A DNA stretch of 64,000 nt from NCBI RefSeq assembly GCF_009914755.1, contig NC_060925.1. One strand, written 5' to 3'. The DNA comes from the human T2T-CHM13v2.0 reference genome, Homo sapiens. Both the position numbers and the translations under genes were made by a program. Positions 14,809 to 32,674 of the stretch are shown here, one piece after another; the first letter of the stretch is position 1; every line of letters begins with the position of its first letter. The notes below the pieces were generated by a model that was given only the letters and a program-made list of their open reading frames with translations, did not search any database and was not told the DNA's origin.

Positions 14809-16599
14809 GCTGAAGGAGGCGCCTGGCTGCCCCAAGAGCCCAGCCCGGCCCGGCCGTGCCCGCCGGATTGCAGCCGACACCGCCAGCCCGGGGCCGCGGG
14901 GCTCGGATCGGGGACCCCCGAGCCGCTGGCCCGCGGCCTTCCCCCGGCTCCCGCGCTCCCGAGCTTCCACCACATCGGGCCCGCTCGGAGCAGGGAGTGC
15001 TCCGAGGCGTCAGGGCCCAGGGCCCACGATCCTGGGACGCCCTCCGGTCCTCCGCCCTGTCGCGGAGGCAGCGTTTTGGATCCCTCGCCGCACAGGGGCT
15101 CCTGCGAGGCCCCCTCTTGCCCCACCCACCCAGAGCCGTCAGGGCTGGCCGAAGGCGAACAGCCGGCCCAGCCTCGCGGGGCCTTTCTCTCACAACGCCC
15201 CCACCACGGTCGCTTGTCCCGACCAAGACCCGGCCGGGGGGGCAAGAGGGCGTGGGGTGTAGCGGGTCGGGGGGTGGCCCTGTTTTGCCCCGGGCTGGCA
15301 CTAGAGGCGGCGGCCTGATCTCGGGTGAGAGGGCCTGAGAGAAACCCAGACACACCCCACCGCCACCAGGAGCAAATCCACTCCCCCACACACAGACACA
15401 CCCGGGCGCGCTCGCACGCGCGCGCGCGGACACACACACACACACCCACACACACGCACACACGCACGCGCACACGCACGCACACACACACGCGGCTTGA
15501 AGGAGAGCAAGGACGAGATGGATCGAGAGATAGAGACCGAGGGAGGGAGAGAGACAGCGATCGAGAGAGACAGGGGAGGGCGAGAGGGAAGGAGACAGAC
15601 AGAGAGGCTGAGAAAGAGAGAGGCACAGAGAAAGAGAGAGAGAGAGACAGAGAGACAGAGGGAAAACGACAGAAGTAGCGCGAGGTCCAGGGGGAAACCC
15701 AGAAGAGAGAGGCGGAGGGAGCTAGAGAGCGAGAGCGATAGAGCCTTAGAGAGGAAGCGCCCGGCTCCGTTAGGCAGCGCCCTCTTGAGCAGGCCGGGAT
15801 AGGGTGGAGGGGGCTTGGGCTGCGCCCAGAACACGGGGGCCAGGCGGTCCGTGCGAGAGGACCAACGGAGCGCTGAGGCGGGCGTTTTCTTGGATGAATT
15901 GCTTGCTTTGGAGGTGGGTTTCGTAGGCTCCTGCCTTTCTTGGCACCTCCCTGTGCTCTGGGTGCCTTGTGGCGGGCCCCGAGATTTGCAGAGCGCGCCC
16001 GCCCGTTTGGCGGGAGCCGTGGCACCGGGCGGGCCCGGAGGCCTGGGTCTCTGGCGAGTCCTCGGGACTGGAGTCGTCGACACGAAGCGGGGGGCATTGG
16101 GAATCCCGGGTGCACAGGGCCTGCTTTCCCGGTGGCTGGCGAAGCAATGTCCTTCCCCCGGGTAAAGCAGCCCATGCGTTCCGGAGCCGACGTCTTGGCT
16201 GGCGTCTGTGGCACCCGCTGCCCCTGCCCGCCCCTTCCCCCGGTTTGGAAGGGTGCGACGACGGCGCCCGATGGGTGAATTGAATCGCCTGGGCGTTCCG
16301 GGAGCGGGAAGGCACCGCGAACGGCAGGGAACCCAGCGGCTGCGCCTTTGGGGCCCGGGCCCCTGCCCTCCCAGGCTGGAGCCGGGCTCCTGGCGGGGCG
16401 GCGGCGAGGCGGAAGCGGTGGGATGCTGCTGCCCAGCCGGCGTGCAGTAGGGGCGGACCCCCAGCAGGAGGACCCCGGCTGCGGGCTGCGGCGGGGGTGT
16501 AGGTGGGCGGTAAAGGGGGAGCAGAGTCAGGGGAGGTTGGGAAGCATGGCGATTGTGGGGGGAAGGGAGGCAGCGGGGAAGCCACAAAAGCCTACAGCA

Positions 16600-17040
<441 letters not shown>

Positions 17041-18830
17041 GCTGAAGGAGGCGCCTGGCTGCCCCAAGAGCCCAGCCCGGCCCGGCCGTGCCCGCCGGAT
17101 TGCAGCCGACACCGCCAGCCCGGGGCCGCGGGGCTCGGATCGGGGACCCCCGAGCCGCTGGCCCGCGGCCTTCCCCCGGCTCCCGCGCTCCCGAGCTTCC
17201 ACCACATCGGGCCCGCTCGGAGCAGGGAGTGCTCCGAGGCGTCAGGGCCCAGGGCCCACGATCCTGGGACGCCCTCCGGTCCTCCGCCCTGTCGCGGAGG
17301 CAGCGTTTTGGATCCCTCGCCGCACAGGGGCTCCTGCGAGGCCCCCTCTTGCCCCACCCACCCAGAGCCGTCAGGGCTGGCCGAAGGCGAACAGCCGGCC
17401 CAGCCTCGCGGGGCCTTTCTCTCACAACGCCCCCACCACGGTCGCTTGTCCCGACCAAGACCCGGCCGGGGGGGCAAGAGGGCGTGGGGTGTAGCGGGTC
17501 GGGGGGTGGCCCTGTTTTGCCCCGGGCTGGCACTAGAGGCGGCGGCCTGATCTCGGGTGAGAGGGCCTGAGAGAAACCCAGACACACCCCACCGCCACCA
17601 GGAGCAAATCCACTCCCCCACACACAGACACACCCGGGCGCGCTCGCACGCGCGCGCGCGGACACACACACACACACAGACACACACGCACACACGCACG
17701 CGCACACGCACGCACACACACACGCGGCTTGAAGGAGAGCAAGGACGAGATGGATCGAGAGATAGAGACCGAGGGAGGGAGAGAGACAGCGATCGAGAGA
17801 GACAGGGGAGGGCGAGAGGGAAGGAGACAGACAGAGAGGCTGAGAAAGAGAGAGGCACAGAGAAAGAGAGAGAGAGAGACAGAGAGACAGAGGGAAAACG
17901 ACAGAAGTAGCGCGAGGTCCAGGGGGAAACCCAGAAGAGAGCGGCGGAGGGAGCTAGAGAGCGAGAGCGATAGAGCCTTAGAGAGGAAGCGCCCGGCTCC
18001 GTTAGGCAGCGCCCTCTTGAGCAGGCCGGGATAGGGTGGAGGGGGCTTGGGCTGCGCCCAGAACACGGGGGCCAGGCGGTCCGTGCGAGAGGACCAACGG
18101 AGCGCTGAGGCGGGCGTTTTCTTGGATGAATTGCTTGCTTTGGAGGTGGGTTTCGTAGGCTCCTGCCTTTCTTGGCACCTCCCTGTGCTCTGGGTGCCTT
18201 GCGGCGGGCCCCGAGATTTGCAGAGCGCGCCCGCCCGTTTGGCGGGAGCCGTGGCACCGGGCGGGCCCGGAGGCCTGGGTCTCTGGCGAGTCCTCGGGAC
18301 TGGAGTCGTCGACACGAAGCGGGGGGCATTGGGAATCCCGGGTGCACAGGGCCTGCTTTCCCGGTGGCTGGCGAAGCAATGTCCTTCCCCCGGGTAAAGC
18401 AGCCCATGCGTTCCGGAGCCGACGTCTTGGCTGGCGTCTGTGGCACCCGCTGCCCCTGCCCGCCCCTTCCCCCGGTTTGGAAGGGTGCGACGACGGCGCC
18501 CGATGGGTGAATTGAATCTCCTGGGCGTTCCGGGAGCGGGAAGGCACCGCGAACGGCAGGGAACCCAGCGGCTGCGCCTTTGGGGCCCGGCCCCCTGCCC
18601 TCCCAGGCTGGAGCCGGGCTCCTGGCGGGGCGGCGGCGAGGCGGAAGCGGTGGGATGCTGCTGCCCGGCCGGCGTGCAGTAGGGGCGGACCCCCAGCAGG
18701 AGGACCCCGGCTGCGGCAGCGGCGGGGGTGTAGGTGGGCGGTAAAGGGGGAGCAGAGTCAGGGGAGGTTGGGAAGCATGGCGATTGTGGGGGGAAGGGAG
18801 GCAGCGGGGAAGCCACAAAAGCCTACAGCA

Positions 18831-19271
<441 letters not shown>

Positions 19272-21070
19272 GCTGAAGGAGGCGCCTGGCTGCCCCAAGA
19301 GCCCAGCCCGGCCCGGCCGTGCCCGCCGGATTGCAGCCGACACCGCCAGCCCGGGGCCGCGGGGCTCGGATCGGGGACCCCCGAGCCGCTGGCCCGCGGC
19401 CTTCCCCCGGCTCCCGCGCTCCCGAGCTTCCACCACATCGGGCCCGCTCGGAGCAGGGAGTGCTCCGAGGCGTCAGGGCCCAGGGCCCACGATCCTGGGA
19501 CGCCCTCCGGTCCTCCGCCCTGTCGCGGAGGCAGCGTTTTGGATCCCTCGCCGCACAGGGGCTCCTGCGAGGCCCCCTCTTGCCCCACCCACCCAGAGCC
19601 GTCAGGGCTGGCCGAAGGCGAACAGCCGGCCCAGCCTCGCGGGGCCTTTCTCTCACAACGCCCCCACCACGGTCGCTTGTCCCGACCAAGACCCGGCCGG
19701 GGGGGCAAGAGGGCGTGGGGTGTAGCGGGTCGGGGGGTGGCCCTGTTTTGCCCCGGGCTGGCACTAGAGGCGGCGGCCTGATCTCGGGTGAGAGGGCCTG
19801 AGAGAAACCCAGACACACCCCACCGCCACCAGGAGCAAATCCACTCCCCCACACACAGACACACCCGGGCGCGCTCGCACGCGCGCGCGCGGACACACAC
19901 ACACACACACACACACAGACACACACGCACACACGCACGCGCACACGCACGCACACACACACGCGGCTTGAAGGAGAGCAAGGACGAGATGGATCGAGAG
20001 ATAGAGACCGAGGGAGGGAGAGAGACAGCGATCGAGAGAGACAGGGGAGGGCGAGAGGGAAGGAGACAGACAGAGAGGCTGAGAAAGAGAGAGGCACAGA
20101 GAAAGAGAGAGAGAGAGACAGAGAGACAGAGGGAAAACGACAGAAGTAGCGCGAGGTCCAGGGGGAAACCCAGAAGAGAGAGGCGGAGGGAGCTAGAGAG
20201 CGAGAGCGATAGAGCCTTAGAGAGGAAGCGCCCGGCTCCGTTAGGCAGCGCCCTCTTGAGCAGGCCGGGATAGGGTGGAGGGGGCTTGGGCTGCGCCCAG
20301 AACACGGGGGCCAGGCGGTCCGTGCGAGAGGACCAACGGAGCGCTGAGGCGGGCGTTTTCTTGGATGAATTGCTTGCTTTGGAGGTGGGTTTCGTAGGCT
20401 CCTGCCTTTCTTGGCACCTCCCTGTGCTCTGGGTGCCTTGCGGCGGGCCCCGAGATTTGCAGAGCGCGCCCGCCCGTTTGGCGGGAGCCGTGGCACCGGG
20501 CGGGCCCGGAGGCCTGGGTCTCTGGCGAGTCCTCGGGACTGGAGTCGTCGACACGAAGCGGGGGGCATTGGGAATCCCGGGTGCACAGGGCCTGTTTTCC
20601 CGGTGGCTGGCGAAGCAATGTCCTTCCCCCGGGTAAAGCAGCCCATGCGTTCCGGAGCCGACGTCTTGGCTGGCGTCTGTGGCACCCGCTGCCCCTGCCC
20701 GCCCCTTCCCCCGGTTTGGAAGGGTGCGACGACGGCGCCCGATGGGTGAATTGAATCGCCTGGGCGTTCCGGGAGCGGGAAGGCACCGCGAACGGCAGGG
20801 AACCCAGCGGCTGCGCCTTTGGGGCCCGGGCCCCTGCCCTCCCAGGCTGGAGCCGGGCTCCTGGCGGGGCGGCGGCGAGGCGGAAGCGGTGGGATGCTGC
20901 TGCCCGGCCGGCGTGCAGTAGGGGCGGACCCCCAGCAGGAGGACCCCGGCTGCGGGCTGCGGCGGGGGTGTAGGTGGGCGGTAAAGGGGGAGCAGAGTCA
21001 GGGGAGGTTGGGAAGCATGGCGATTGTGGGGGGAAGGGAGGCAGCGGGGAAGCCACAAAAGCCTACAGCA

Positions 21071-21511
<441 letters not shown>

Positions 21512-23299
21512 GCTGAAGGAGGCGCCTGGCTGCCCCAAGAGCCCAGCCCGGCCCGGCCGTGCCCGCCGGATTGCAGCCGACACCGCCAGCCCGGGGCCGC
21601 GGGGCTCGGATCGGGGACCCCCGAGCCGCTGGCCCGCGGCCTTCCCCCGGCTCCCGCGCTCCCGAGCTTCCATCACATCGGGCCCGCTCGGAGCAGGGAG
21701 TGCTCCGAGGCGTCAGGGCCCAGGGCCCACGATCCTGGGACGCCCTCCGGTCCTCCGCCCTGTCGCGGAGGCAGCGTTTTGGATCCCTCGCCGCACAGGG
21801 GCTCCTGCGAGGCCCCCTCTTGCCCCACCCACCCAGAGCCGTCAGGGCTGGCCGTAGGCGAACAGCCGGCCCAGCCTCGCGGGGCCTTTCTCTCACAACG
21901 CCCCCACCACGGTCGCTTGTCCCGACCAAGACCCGGCCGGGGGGGCAAGAGGGCGTGGGGTGTAGCGGGTCGGGGGGTGGCCCTGTTTTGCCCCGGGCTG
22001 GCACTAGAGGCGGCGGCCTGATCTCGGGTGAGAGGGCCTGAGAGAAACCCAGACACACCCCACCGCCACCAGGAGCAAATCCACTCCCCCACACACAGAC
22101 ACACCCGGGCGCGCTCGCACGCGCGCGCGCGGACACACCCACACACAGACACACACGCACACACGCACGCGCACACGCACGCACACACACACGCGGCTTG
22201 AAGGAGAGCAAGGACGAGATGGATCGAGAGATAGAGACCGAGGGAGGGAGAGAGACAGCGATCGAGAGAGACAGGGGAGGGCGAGAGGGAAGGAGACAGA
22301 CAGAGAGGCTGAGAAAGAGAGAGGCACAGAGAAAGAGAGAGAGAGAGACAGAGAGACAGAGGGAAAACGACAGAAGTAGCGCGAGGTCCAGGGGGAAACC
22401 CAGAAGAGAGAGGCGGAGGGAGCTAGAGAGCGAGAGCGATAGAGCCTTAGAGAGGAAGCGCCCGGCTCCGTTAGGCAGCGCCCTCTTGAGCAGGCCGGGA
22501 TAGGGTGGAGGGGGCTTGGGCTGCGCCCAGAACACGGGGGCCAGGCGGTCCGTGCGAGAGGACCAACGGAGCGCTGAGGCGGGCGTTTTCTTGGATGAAT
22601 TGCTTGCTTTGGAGGTGGGTTTCGTAGGCTCCTGCCTTTCTTGGCACCTCCCTGTGCTCTGGGTGCCTTGCGGCGGGCCCCGAGATTTGCAGAGCGCGCC
22701 CGCCCGTTTGGCGGGAGCCGTGGCACCGGGCGGGCCCGGAGGCCTGGGTCTCTGGCGAGTCCTCGGGACTGGAGTCGTCGACACGAAGCGGGGGGCATTG
22801 GGAATCCCGGGTGCACAGGGCCTGCTTTCCCGGTGGCTGGCGAAGCAATGTCCTTCCCCCGGGTAAAGCAGCCCATGCGTTCCGGAGCCGACGTCTTGGC
22901 TGGCGTCTGTGGCACCCGCTGCCCCTGCCCGCCCCTTCCCCCGGTTTGGAAGGGTGCGACGACGGCGCCCGATGGGTGAATTGAATCTCCTGGGCGTTCC
23001 GGGAGCGGGAAGGCAACGCGAACGGCAGGGAACCCAGCGGCTGCGCCTTTGGGGCCCGGCCCCCTGCCCTCCCAGGCTGGAGCCGGGCTCCTGGCGGGGC
23101 GGCGGCGAGGCGGAAGCGGTGGGATGCTGCTGCCCGGCCGGCGTGCAGTAGGGGCGGACCTCCAGCAGGAGGACCCCGGCTGCGGCTGCGGCGGGGGTGT
23201 AGGTGGGCGGTAAAGGGGGAGCAGAGTCAGGGGAGGTTGGGAAGCATGGCGATTGTGGGGGGAAGGGAGGCAGCGGGGAAGCCACAAAAGCCTACAGCA

Positions 23300-23740
<441 letters not shown>

Positions 23741-25539
23741 GCTGAAGGAGGCGCCTGGCTGCCCCAAGAGCCCAGCCCGGCCCGGCCGTGCCCGCCGGAT
23801 TGCAGCCGACACCGCCAGCCCGGGGCCGCGGGGCTCGGATCGGGGACCCCCGAGCCGCTGGCCCGCGGCCTTCCCCCGGCTCCCGCGCTCCCGAGCTTCC
23901 ACCACATCGGGCCCGCTCGGAGCAGGGAGTGCTCCGAGGCGTCAGGGCCCAGGGCCCACGATCCTGGGACGCCCTCCGGTCCTCCGCCCTGTCGCGGAGG
24001 CAGCGTTTTGGATCCCTCGCCGCACAGGGGCTCCTGCGAGGCCCCCTCTTGCCCCACCCACCCAGAGCCGTCAGGGCTGGCCGAAGGCGAACAGCCGGCC
24101 CAGCCGCGCGGGGCCTTTCTCTCACAACGCCCCCACCACGGTCGCTTGTCCCGACCAAGACCCGGCCGGGGGGGCAAGAGGGCGTGGGGTGTAGCGGGTC
24201 GGGGGGTGGCCCTGTTTTGCCCCGGGCTGGCACTAGAGGCGGCGGCCTGATCTCGGGTGAGAGGGCCTGAGAGAAACCCAGACACACCCCACCGCCACCA
24301 GGAGCAAATCCACTCCCCCACACACAGACACACCCGGGCGCGCTCGCACGCGCGCGCGCGGACACACACAGACACACACACACACAGACACACACGCACA
24401 CACGCACGCGCACACGCACGCACACACACACGCGGCTTGAAGGAGAGCAAGGACGAGATGGATCGAGAGATAGAGACCGAGGGAGGGAGAGAGACAGCGA
24501 TCGAGAGAGACAGGGGAGGGCGAGAGGGAAGGAGACAGACAGAGAGGCTGAGAAAGAGAGAGGCACAGAGAAAGAGAGAGAGAGAGACAGAGAGACAGAG
24601 GGAAAACGACAGAAGTAGCGCGAGGTCCAGGGGGAAACCCAGAAGAGAGAGGCGGAGGGAGCTAGAGAGCGAGAGCGATAGAGCCTTAGAGAGGAAGCGC
24701 CCGGCTCCGTTAGGCAGCGCCCTCTTGAGCAGGCCGGGATAGGGTGGAGGGGGCTTGGGCTGCGCCCAGAACACGGGGGCCAGGCGGTCCGTGCGAGAGG
24801 ACCAACGGAGCGCTGAGGCGGGCGTTTTCTTGGATGAATTGCTTGCTTTGGAGGTGGGTTTCGTAGGCTCCTGCCTTTCTTGGCACCTCCCTGTGCTCTG
24901 GGTGCCTTGCGGCGGGCCCCGAGATTTGCAGAGCGCGCCCGCCCGTTTGGCGGGAGCCGTGGCACCGGGCGGGCCCGGAGGCCTGGGTCTCTGGCGAGTC
25001 CTCGGGACTGGAGTCGTCGACACGAAGCGGGGGGCATTGGGAATCCCGGGTGCACAGGGCCTGCTTTCCCGGTGGCTGGCGAAGCAATGTCCTTCCCCCG
25101 GGTAAAGCAGCCCATGCGTTCCGGAGCCGACGTCTTGGCTGGCGTCTGTGGCACCCGCTGCCCCTGCCCGCCCCTTCCCCCGGTTTGGAAGGGTGCGACG
25201 ACGGCGCCCGATGGGTGAATTGAATCGCCTGGGCGTTCCGGGAGCGGGAAGGCACCGCGAACGGCAGGGAACCCAGCGGCTGCGCCTTTGGGGCCCGGGC
25301 CCCTGCCCTCCCAGGCTGGAGCCGGGCTCCTGGCGGGGCGGCGGCGAGGCGGAAGCGGTGGGATGCTGCTGCCCGGCCGGCGTGCAGTAGGGGCGGACCC
25401 CCAGCAGGAGGACCCCGGCTGCGGGCTGCGGCGGGGGTGTAGGTGGGCGGTAAAGGGGGAGCAGAGTCAGGGGAGGTTGGGAAGCATGGCGATTGTGGGG
25501 GGAAGGGAGGCAGCGGGGAAGCCACAAAAGCCTACAGCA

Positions 25540-25980
<441 letters not shown>

Positions 25981-27771
25981 GCTGAAGGAGGCGCCTGGCT
26001 GCCCCAAGAGCCCAGCCCGGCCCGGCCGTGCCCGCCGGATTGCAGCCGACACCGCCAGCCCGGGGCCGCGGGGCTCGGATCGGGGACCCCCGAGCCGCTG
26101 GCCCGCGGCCTTCCCCCGGCTCCCGCGCTCCCGAGCTTCCACCACATCGGGCCCGCTCGGAGCAGGGAGTGCTCCGAGGCGTCAGGGCCCAGGGCCCACG
26201 ATCCTGGGACGCCCTCCGGTCCTCCGCCCTGTCGCGGAGGCAGCGTTTTGGATCCCTCGCCGCACAGGGGCTCCTGCGAGGCCCCCTCTTGCCCCACCCA
26301 CCCAGAGCCGTCAGGGCTGGCCGAAGGCGAACAGCCGGCCCAGCCGCGCGGGGCCTTTCTCTCACAACGCCCCCACCACGGTCGCTTGTCCCGACCAAGA
26401 CCCGGCCGGGGGGGCAAGAGGGCGTGGGGTGTAGCGGGTCGGGGGGTGGCCCTGTTTTGCCCCGGGCTGGCACTAGAGGCGGCGGCCTGATCTCGGGTGA
26501 GAGGGCCTGAGAGAAACCCAGACACACCCCACCGCCACCAGGAGCAAATCCACTCCCCCACACACAGACACACCCGGGCGCGCTCGCACGCGCGCGCGCG
26601 GACACACACACACACACAGACACACACGCACACACGCACGCGCACACGCACGCACACACACACGCGGCTTGAAGGAGAGCAAGGACGAGATGGATCGAGA
26701 GATAGAGACCGAGGGAGGGAGAGAGACAGCGATCGAGAGAGACAGGGGAGGGCGAGAGGGAAGGAGACAGACAGAGAGGCTGAGAAAGAGAGAGGCACAG
26801 AGAAAGAGAGAGAGAGAGACAGAGAGACAGAGGGAAAACGACAGAAGTAGCGCGAGGTCCAGGGGGAAACCCAGAAGAGAGAGGCGGAGGGAGCTAGAGA
26901 GCGAGAGCGATAGAGCCTTAGAGAGGAAGCGCCCGGCTCCGTTAGGCAGCGCCCTCTTGAGCAGGCCGGGATAGGGTGGAGGGGGCTTGGGCTGCGCCCA
27001 GAACACGGGGGCCAGGCGGTCCGTGCGAGAGGACCAACGGAGCGCTGAGGCGGGCGTTTTCTTGGATGAATTGCTTGCTTTGGAGGTGGGTTTCGTAGGC
27101 TCCTGCCTTTCTTGGCACCTCCCTGTGCTCTGGGTGCCTTGCGGCGGGCCCCGAGATTTGCAGAGCGCGCCCGCCCGTTTGGCGGGAGCCGTGGCACCGG
27201 GCGGGCCCGGAGGCCTGGGTCTCTGGCGAGTCCTCGGGACTGGAGTCGTCGACACGAAGCGGGGGGCATTGGGAATCCCGGGTGCACAGGGCCTGCTTTC
27301 CCGGTGGCTGGCGAAGCAATGTCCTTCCCCCGGGTAAAGCAGCCCATGCGTTCCGGAGCCGACGTCTTGGCTGGCGTCTGTGGCACCCGCTGCCCCTGCC
27401 CGCCCCTTCCCCCGGTTTGGAAGGGTGCGACGACGGCGCCCGATGGGTGAATTGAATCGCCTGGGCGTTCCGGGAGCGGGAAGGCACCACGAACGGCAGG
27501 GAACCCAGCGGCTGCGCCTTTGGGGCCCGGGCCCCTGCCCTCCCAGGCTGGAGCCGGGCTCCTGGCGGGGCGGCGGCGAGGCGGAAGCGGTGGGATGCTG
27601 CTGCCCGGCCGGCGTGCAGTAGGGGCGGACCCCCAGCAGGAGGACCCCGGCTGCGGGCTGCGGCGGGGGTGTAGGTGGGCGGTAAAGGGGGAGCAGAGTC
27701 AGGGGAGGTTGGGAAGCATGGCGATTGTGGGGGGAAGGGAGGCAGCGGGGAAGCCACAAAAGCCTACAGCA

Positions 27772-28212
<441 letters not shown>

Positions 28213-30002
28213 GCTGAAGGAGGCGCCTGGCTGCCCCAAGAGCCCAGCCCGGCCCGGCCGTGCCCGCCGGATTGCAGCCGACACCGCCAGCCCGGGGCCG
28301 CGGGGCTCGGATCGGGGACCCCCGAGCCGCTGGCCCGCGGCCTTCCCCCGGCTCCCGCGCTCCCGAGCTTCCACCACATCGGGCCCGCTCGGAGCAGGGA
28401 GTGCTCCGAGGCGTCAGGGCCCAGGGCCCACGATCCTGGGACGCCCTCCGGTCCTCCGCCCTGTCGCGGAGGCAGCGTTTTGGATCCCTCGCCGCACAGG
28501 GGCTCCTGCGAGGCCCCCTCTTGCCCCACCCACCCAGAGCCGTCAGGGCTGGCCGAAGGCGAACAGCCGGCCCAGCCGCGCGGGGCCTTTCTCTCACAAC
28601 GCCCCCACCACGGTCGCTTGTCCCGACCAAGACCCGGCCGGGGGGGCAAGAGGGCGTGGGGTGTAGCGGGTCGGGGGGTGGCCCTGTTTTGCCCCGGGCT
28701 GGCACTAGAGGCGGCGGCCTGATCTCGGGTGAGAGGGCCTGAGAGAAACCCAGACACACCCCACCGCCACCAGGAGCAAATCCACTCCCCCACACACAGA
28801 CACACCCGGGCGCGCTCGCACGCGCGCGCGCGGACACACACACACACACAGACACACACGCACACACGCACGCGCACACGCACGCACACACACACGCGGC
28901 TTGAAGGAGAGCAAGGACGAGATGGATCGAGAGATAGAGACCGAGGGAGGGAGAGAGACAGCGATCGAGAGAGACAGGGGAGGGCGAGAGGGAAGGAGAC
29001 AGACAGAGAGGCTGAGAAAGAGAGAGGCACAGAGAAAGAGAGAGAGAGAGACAGAGAGACAGAGGGAAAACGACAGAAGTAGCGCGAGGTCCAGGGGGAA
29101 ACCCAGAAGAGAGAGGCGGAGGGAGCTAGAGAGCGAGAGCGATAGAGCCTTAGAGAGGAAGCGCCCGGCTCCGTTAGGCAGCGCCCTCTTGAGCAGGCCG
29201 GGATAGGGTGGAGGGGGCTTGGGCTGCGCCCAGAACACGGGGGCCAGGCGGTCCGTGCGAGAGGACCAACGGAGCGCTGAGGCGGGCGTTTTCTTGGATG
29301 AATTGCTTGCTTTGGAGGTGGGTTTCGTAGGCTCCTGCCTTTCTTGGCACCTCCCTGTGCTCTGGGTGCCTTGCGGCGGGCCCCGAGATTTGCAGAGCGC
29401 GCCCGCCCGTTTGGCGGGAGCCGTGGCACCGGGCGGGCCCGGAGGCCTGGGTCTCTGGCGAGTCCTCGGGACTGGAGTCGTCGACACGAAGCGGGGGGCA
29501 TTGGGAATCCCGGGTGCACAGGGCCTGCTTTCCCGGTGGCTGGCGAAGCAATGTCCTTCCCCCGGGTAAAGCAGCCCATGCGTTCCGGAGCCGACGTCTT
29601 GGCTGGCGTCTGTGGCACCCGCTGCCCCTGCCCGCCCCTTCCCCCGGTTTGGAAGGGTGCGACGACGGCGCCCGATGGGTGAATTGAATCTCCTGGGCGT
29701 TCCGGGAGCGGGAAGGCACCGCGAACGGCAGGGAACCCAGCGGCTGCGCCTTTGGGGCCCGGGCCCCTGCCCTCCCAGGCTGGAGCCGGGCTCCTGGCGG
29801 GGCGGCGGCGAGGCGGAAGCGGTGGGATGCTGCTGCCCGGCCGGCGTGCAGTAGGGGCGGACCCCCAGCAGGAGGACCCCGGCTGCGGCTGCGGCGGGGG
29901 TGTAGGTGGGCGGTAAAGGGGGAGCAGAGTCAGGGGAGGTTGGGAAGCATGGCGATTGTGGGGGGAAGGGAGGCAGCGGGGAAGCCACAAAAGCCTACAG
30001 CA

Positions 30003-30443
<441 letters not shown>

Positions 30444-32233
30444 GCTGAAGGAGGCGCCTGGCTGCCCCAAGAGCCCAGCCCGGCCCGGCCGTGCCCGCCG
30501 GATTGCAGCCGACACCGCCAGCCCGGGGCCGCGGGGCTCGGATCGGGGACCCCCGAGCCGCTGGCCCGCGGCCTTCCCCCGGCTCCCGCGCTCCCGAGCT
30601 TCCACCACATCGGGCCCGCTCGGAGCAGGGAGTGCTCCGAGGCGTCAGGGCCCAGGGCCCACGATCCTGGGACGCCCTCCGGTCCTCCGCCCTGTCGCGG
30701 AGGCAGCGTTTTGGATCCCTCGCCGCACAGGGGCTCCTGCGAGGCCCCCTCTTGCCCCACCCACCCAGAGCCGTCAGGGCTGGCCGAAGGCGAACAGCCG
30801 GCCCAGCCGCGCGGGGCCTTTCTCTCACAACGCCCCCACCACGGTCGCTTGTCCCGACCAAGACCCGGCCGGGGGGGCAAGAGGGCGTGGGGTGTAGCGG
30901 GTCGGGGGGTGGCCCTGTTTTGCCCCGGGCTGGCACTAGAGGCGGCGGCCTGATCTCGGGTGAGAGGGCCTGAGAGAAACCCAGACACACCCCACCGCCA
31001 CCAGGAGCAAATCCACTCCCCCACACACAGACACACCCGGGCGCGCTCGCACGCGCGCGCGCGGACACACACACACACACAGACACACACGCACACACGC
31101 ACGCGCACACGCACGCACACACACACGCGGCTTGAAGGAGAGCAAGGACGAGATGGATCGAGAGATAGAGACCGAGGGAGGGAGAGAGACAGCGATCGAG
31201 AGAGACAGGGGAGGGCGAGAGGGAAGGAGACAGACAGAGAGGCTGAGAAAGAGAGAGGCACAGAGAAAGAGAGAGAGAGAGACAGAGAGACAGAGGGAAA
31301 ACGACAGAAGTAGCGCGAGGTCCAGGGGGAAACCCAGAAGAGAGAGGCGGAGGGAGCTAGAGAGCGAGAGCGATAGAGCCTTAGAGAGGAAGCGCCCGGC
31401 TCCGTTAGGCAGCGCCCTCTTGAGCAGGCCGGGATAGGGTGGAGGGGGCTTGGGCTGCGCCCAGAACACGGGGGCCAGGCGGTCCGTGCGAGAGGACCAA
31501 CGGAGCGCTGAGGCGGGCGTTTTCTTGGATGAATTGCTTGCTTTGGAGGTGGGTTTCGTAGGCTCCTGCCTTTCTTGGCACCTCCCTGTGCTCTGGGTGC
31601 CTTGCGGCGGGCCCCGAGATTTGCAGAGCGCGCCCGCCCGTTTGGCGGGAGCCGTGGCACCGGGCGGGCCCGGAGGCCTGGGTCTCTGGCGAGTCCTCGG
31701 GACTGGAGTCGTCGACACGAAGCGGGGGGCATTGGGAATCCCGGGTGCACAGGGCCTGCTTTCCCGGTGGCTGGCGAAGCAATGTCCTTCCCCCGGGTAA
31801 AGCAGCCCATGCGTTCCGGAGCCGACGTCTTGGCTGGCGTCTGTGGCACCCGCTGCCCCTGCCCGCCCCTTCCCCCGGTTTGGAAGGGTGCGACGACGGC
31901 GCCCGATGGGTGAATTGAATCTCCTGGGCGTTCCGGGAGCGGGAAGGCACCGCGAACGGCAGGGAACCCAGCGGCTGCGCCTTTGGGGCCCGGCCCCCTG
32001 CCCTCCCAGGCTGGAGCCGGGCTCCTGGCGGGGCGGCGGCGAGGCGGAAGCGGTGGGATGCTGCTGCCCGGCCGGCGTGCAGTAGGGGCGGACCCCCAGC
32101 AGGAGGACCCCGGCTGCGGCTGCGGCGGGGGTGTAGGTGGGCGGTAAAGGGGGAGCAGAGTCAGGGGAGGTTGGGAAGCATGGCGATTGTGGGGGGAAGG
32201 GAGGCAGCGGGGAAGCCACAAAAGCCTACAGCA

Positions 32234-32674
<441 letters not shown>
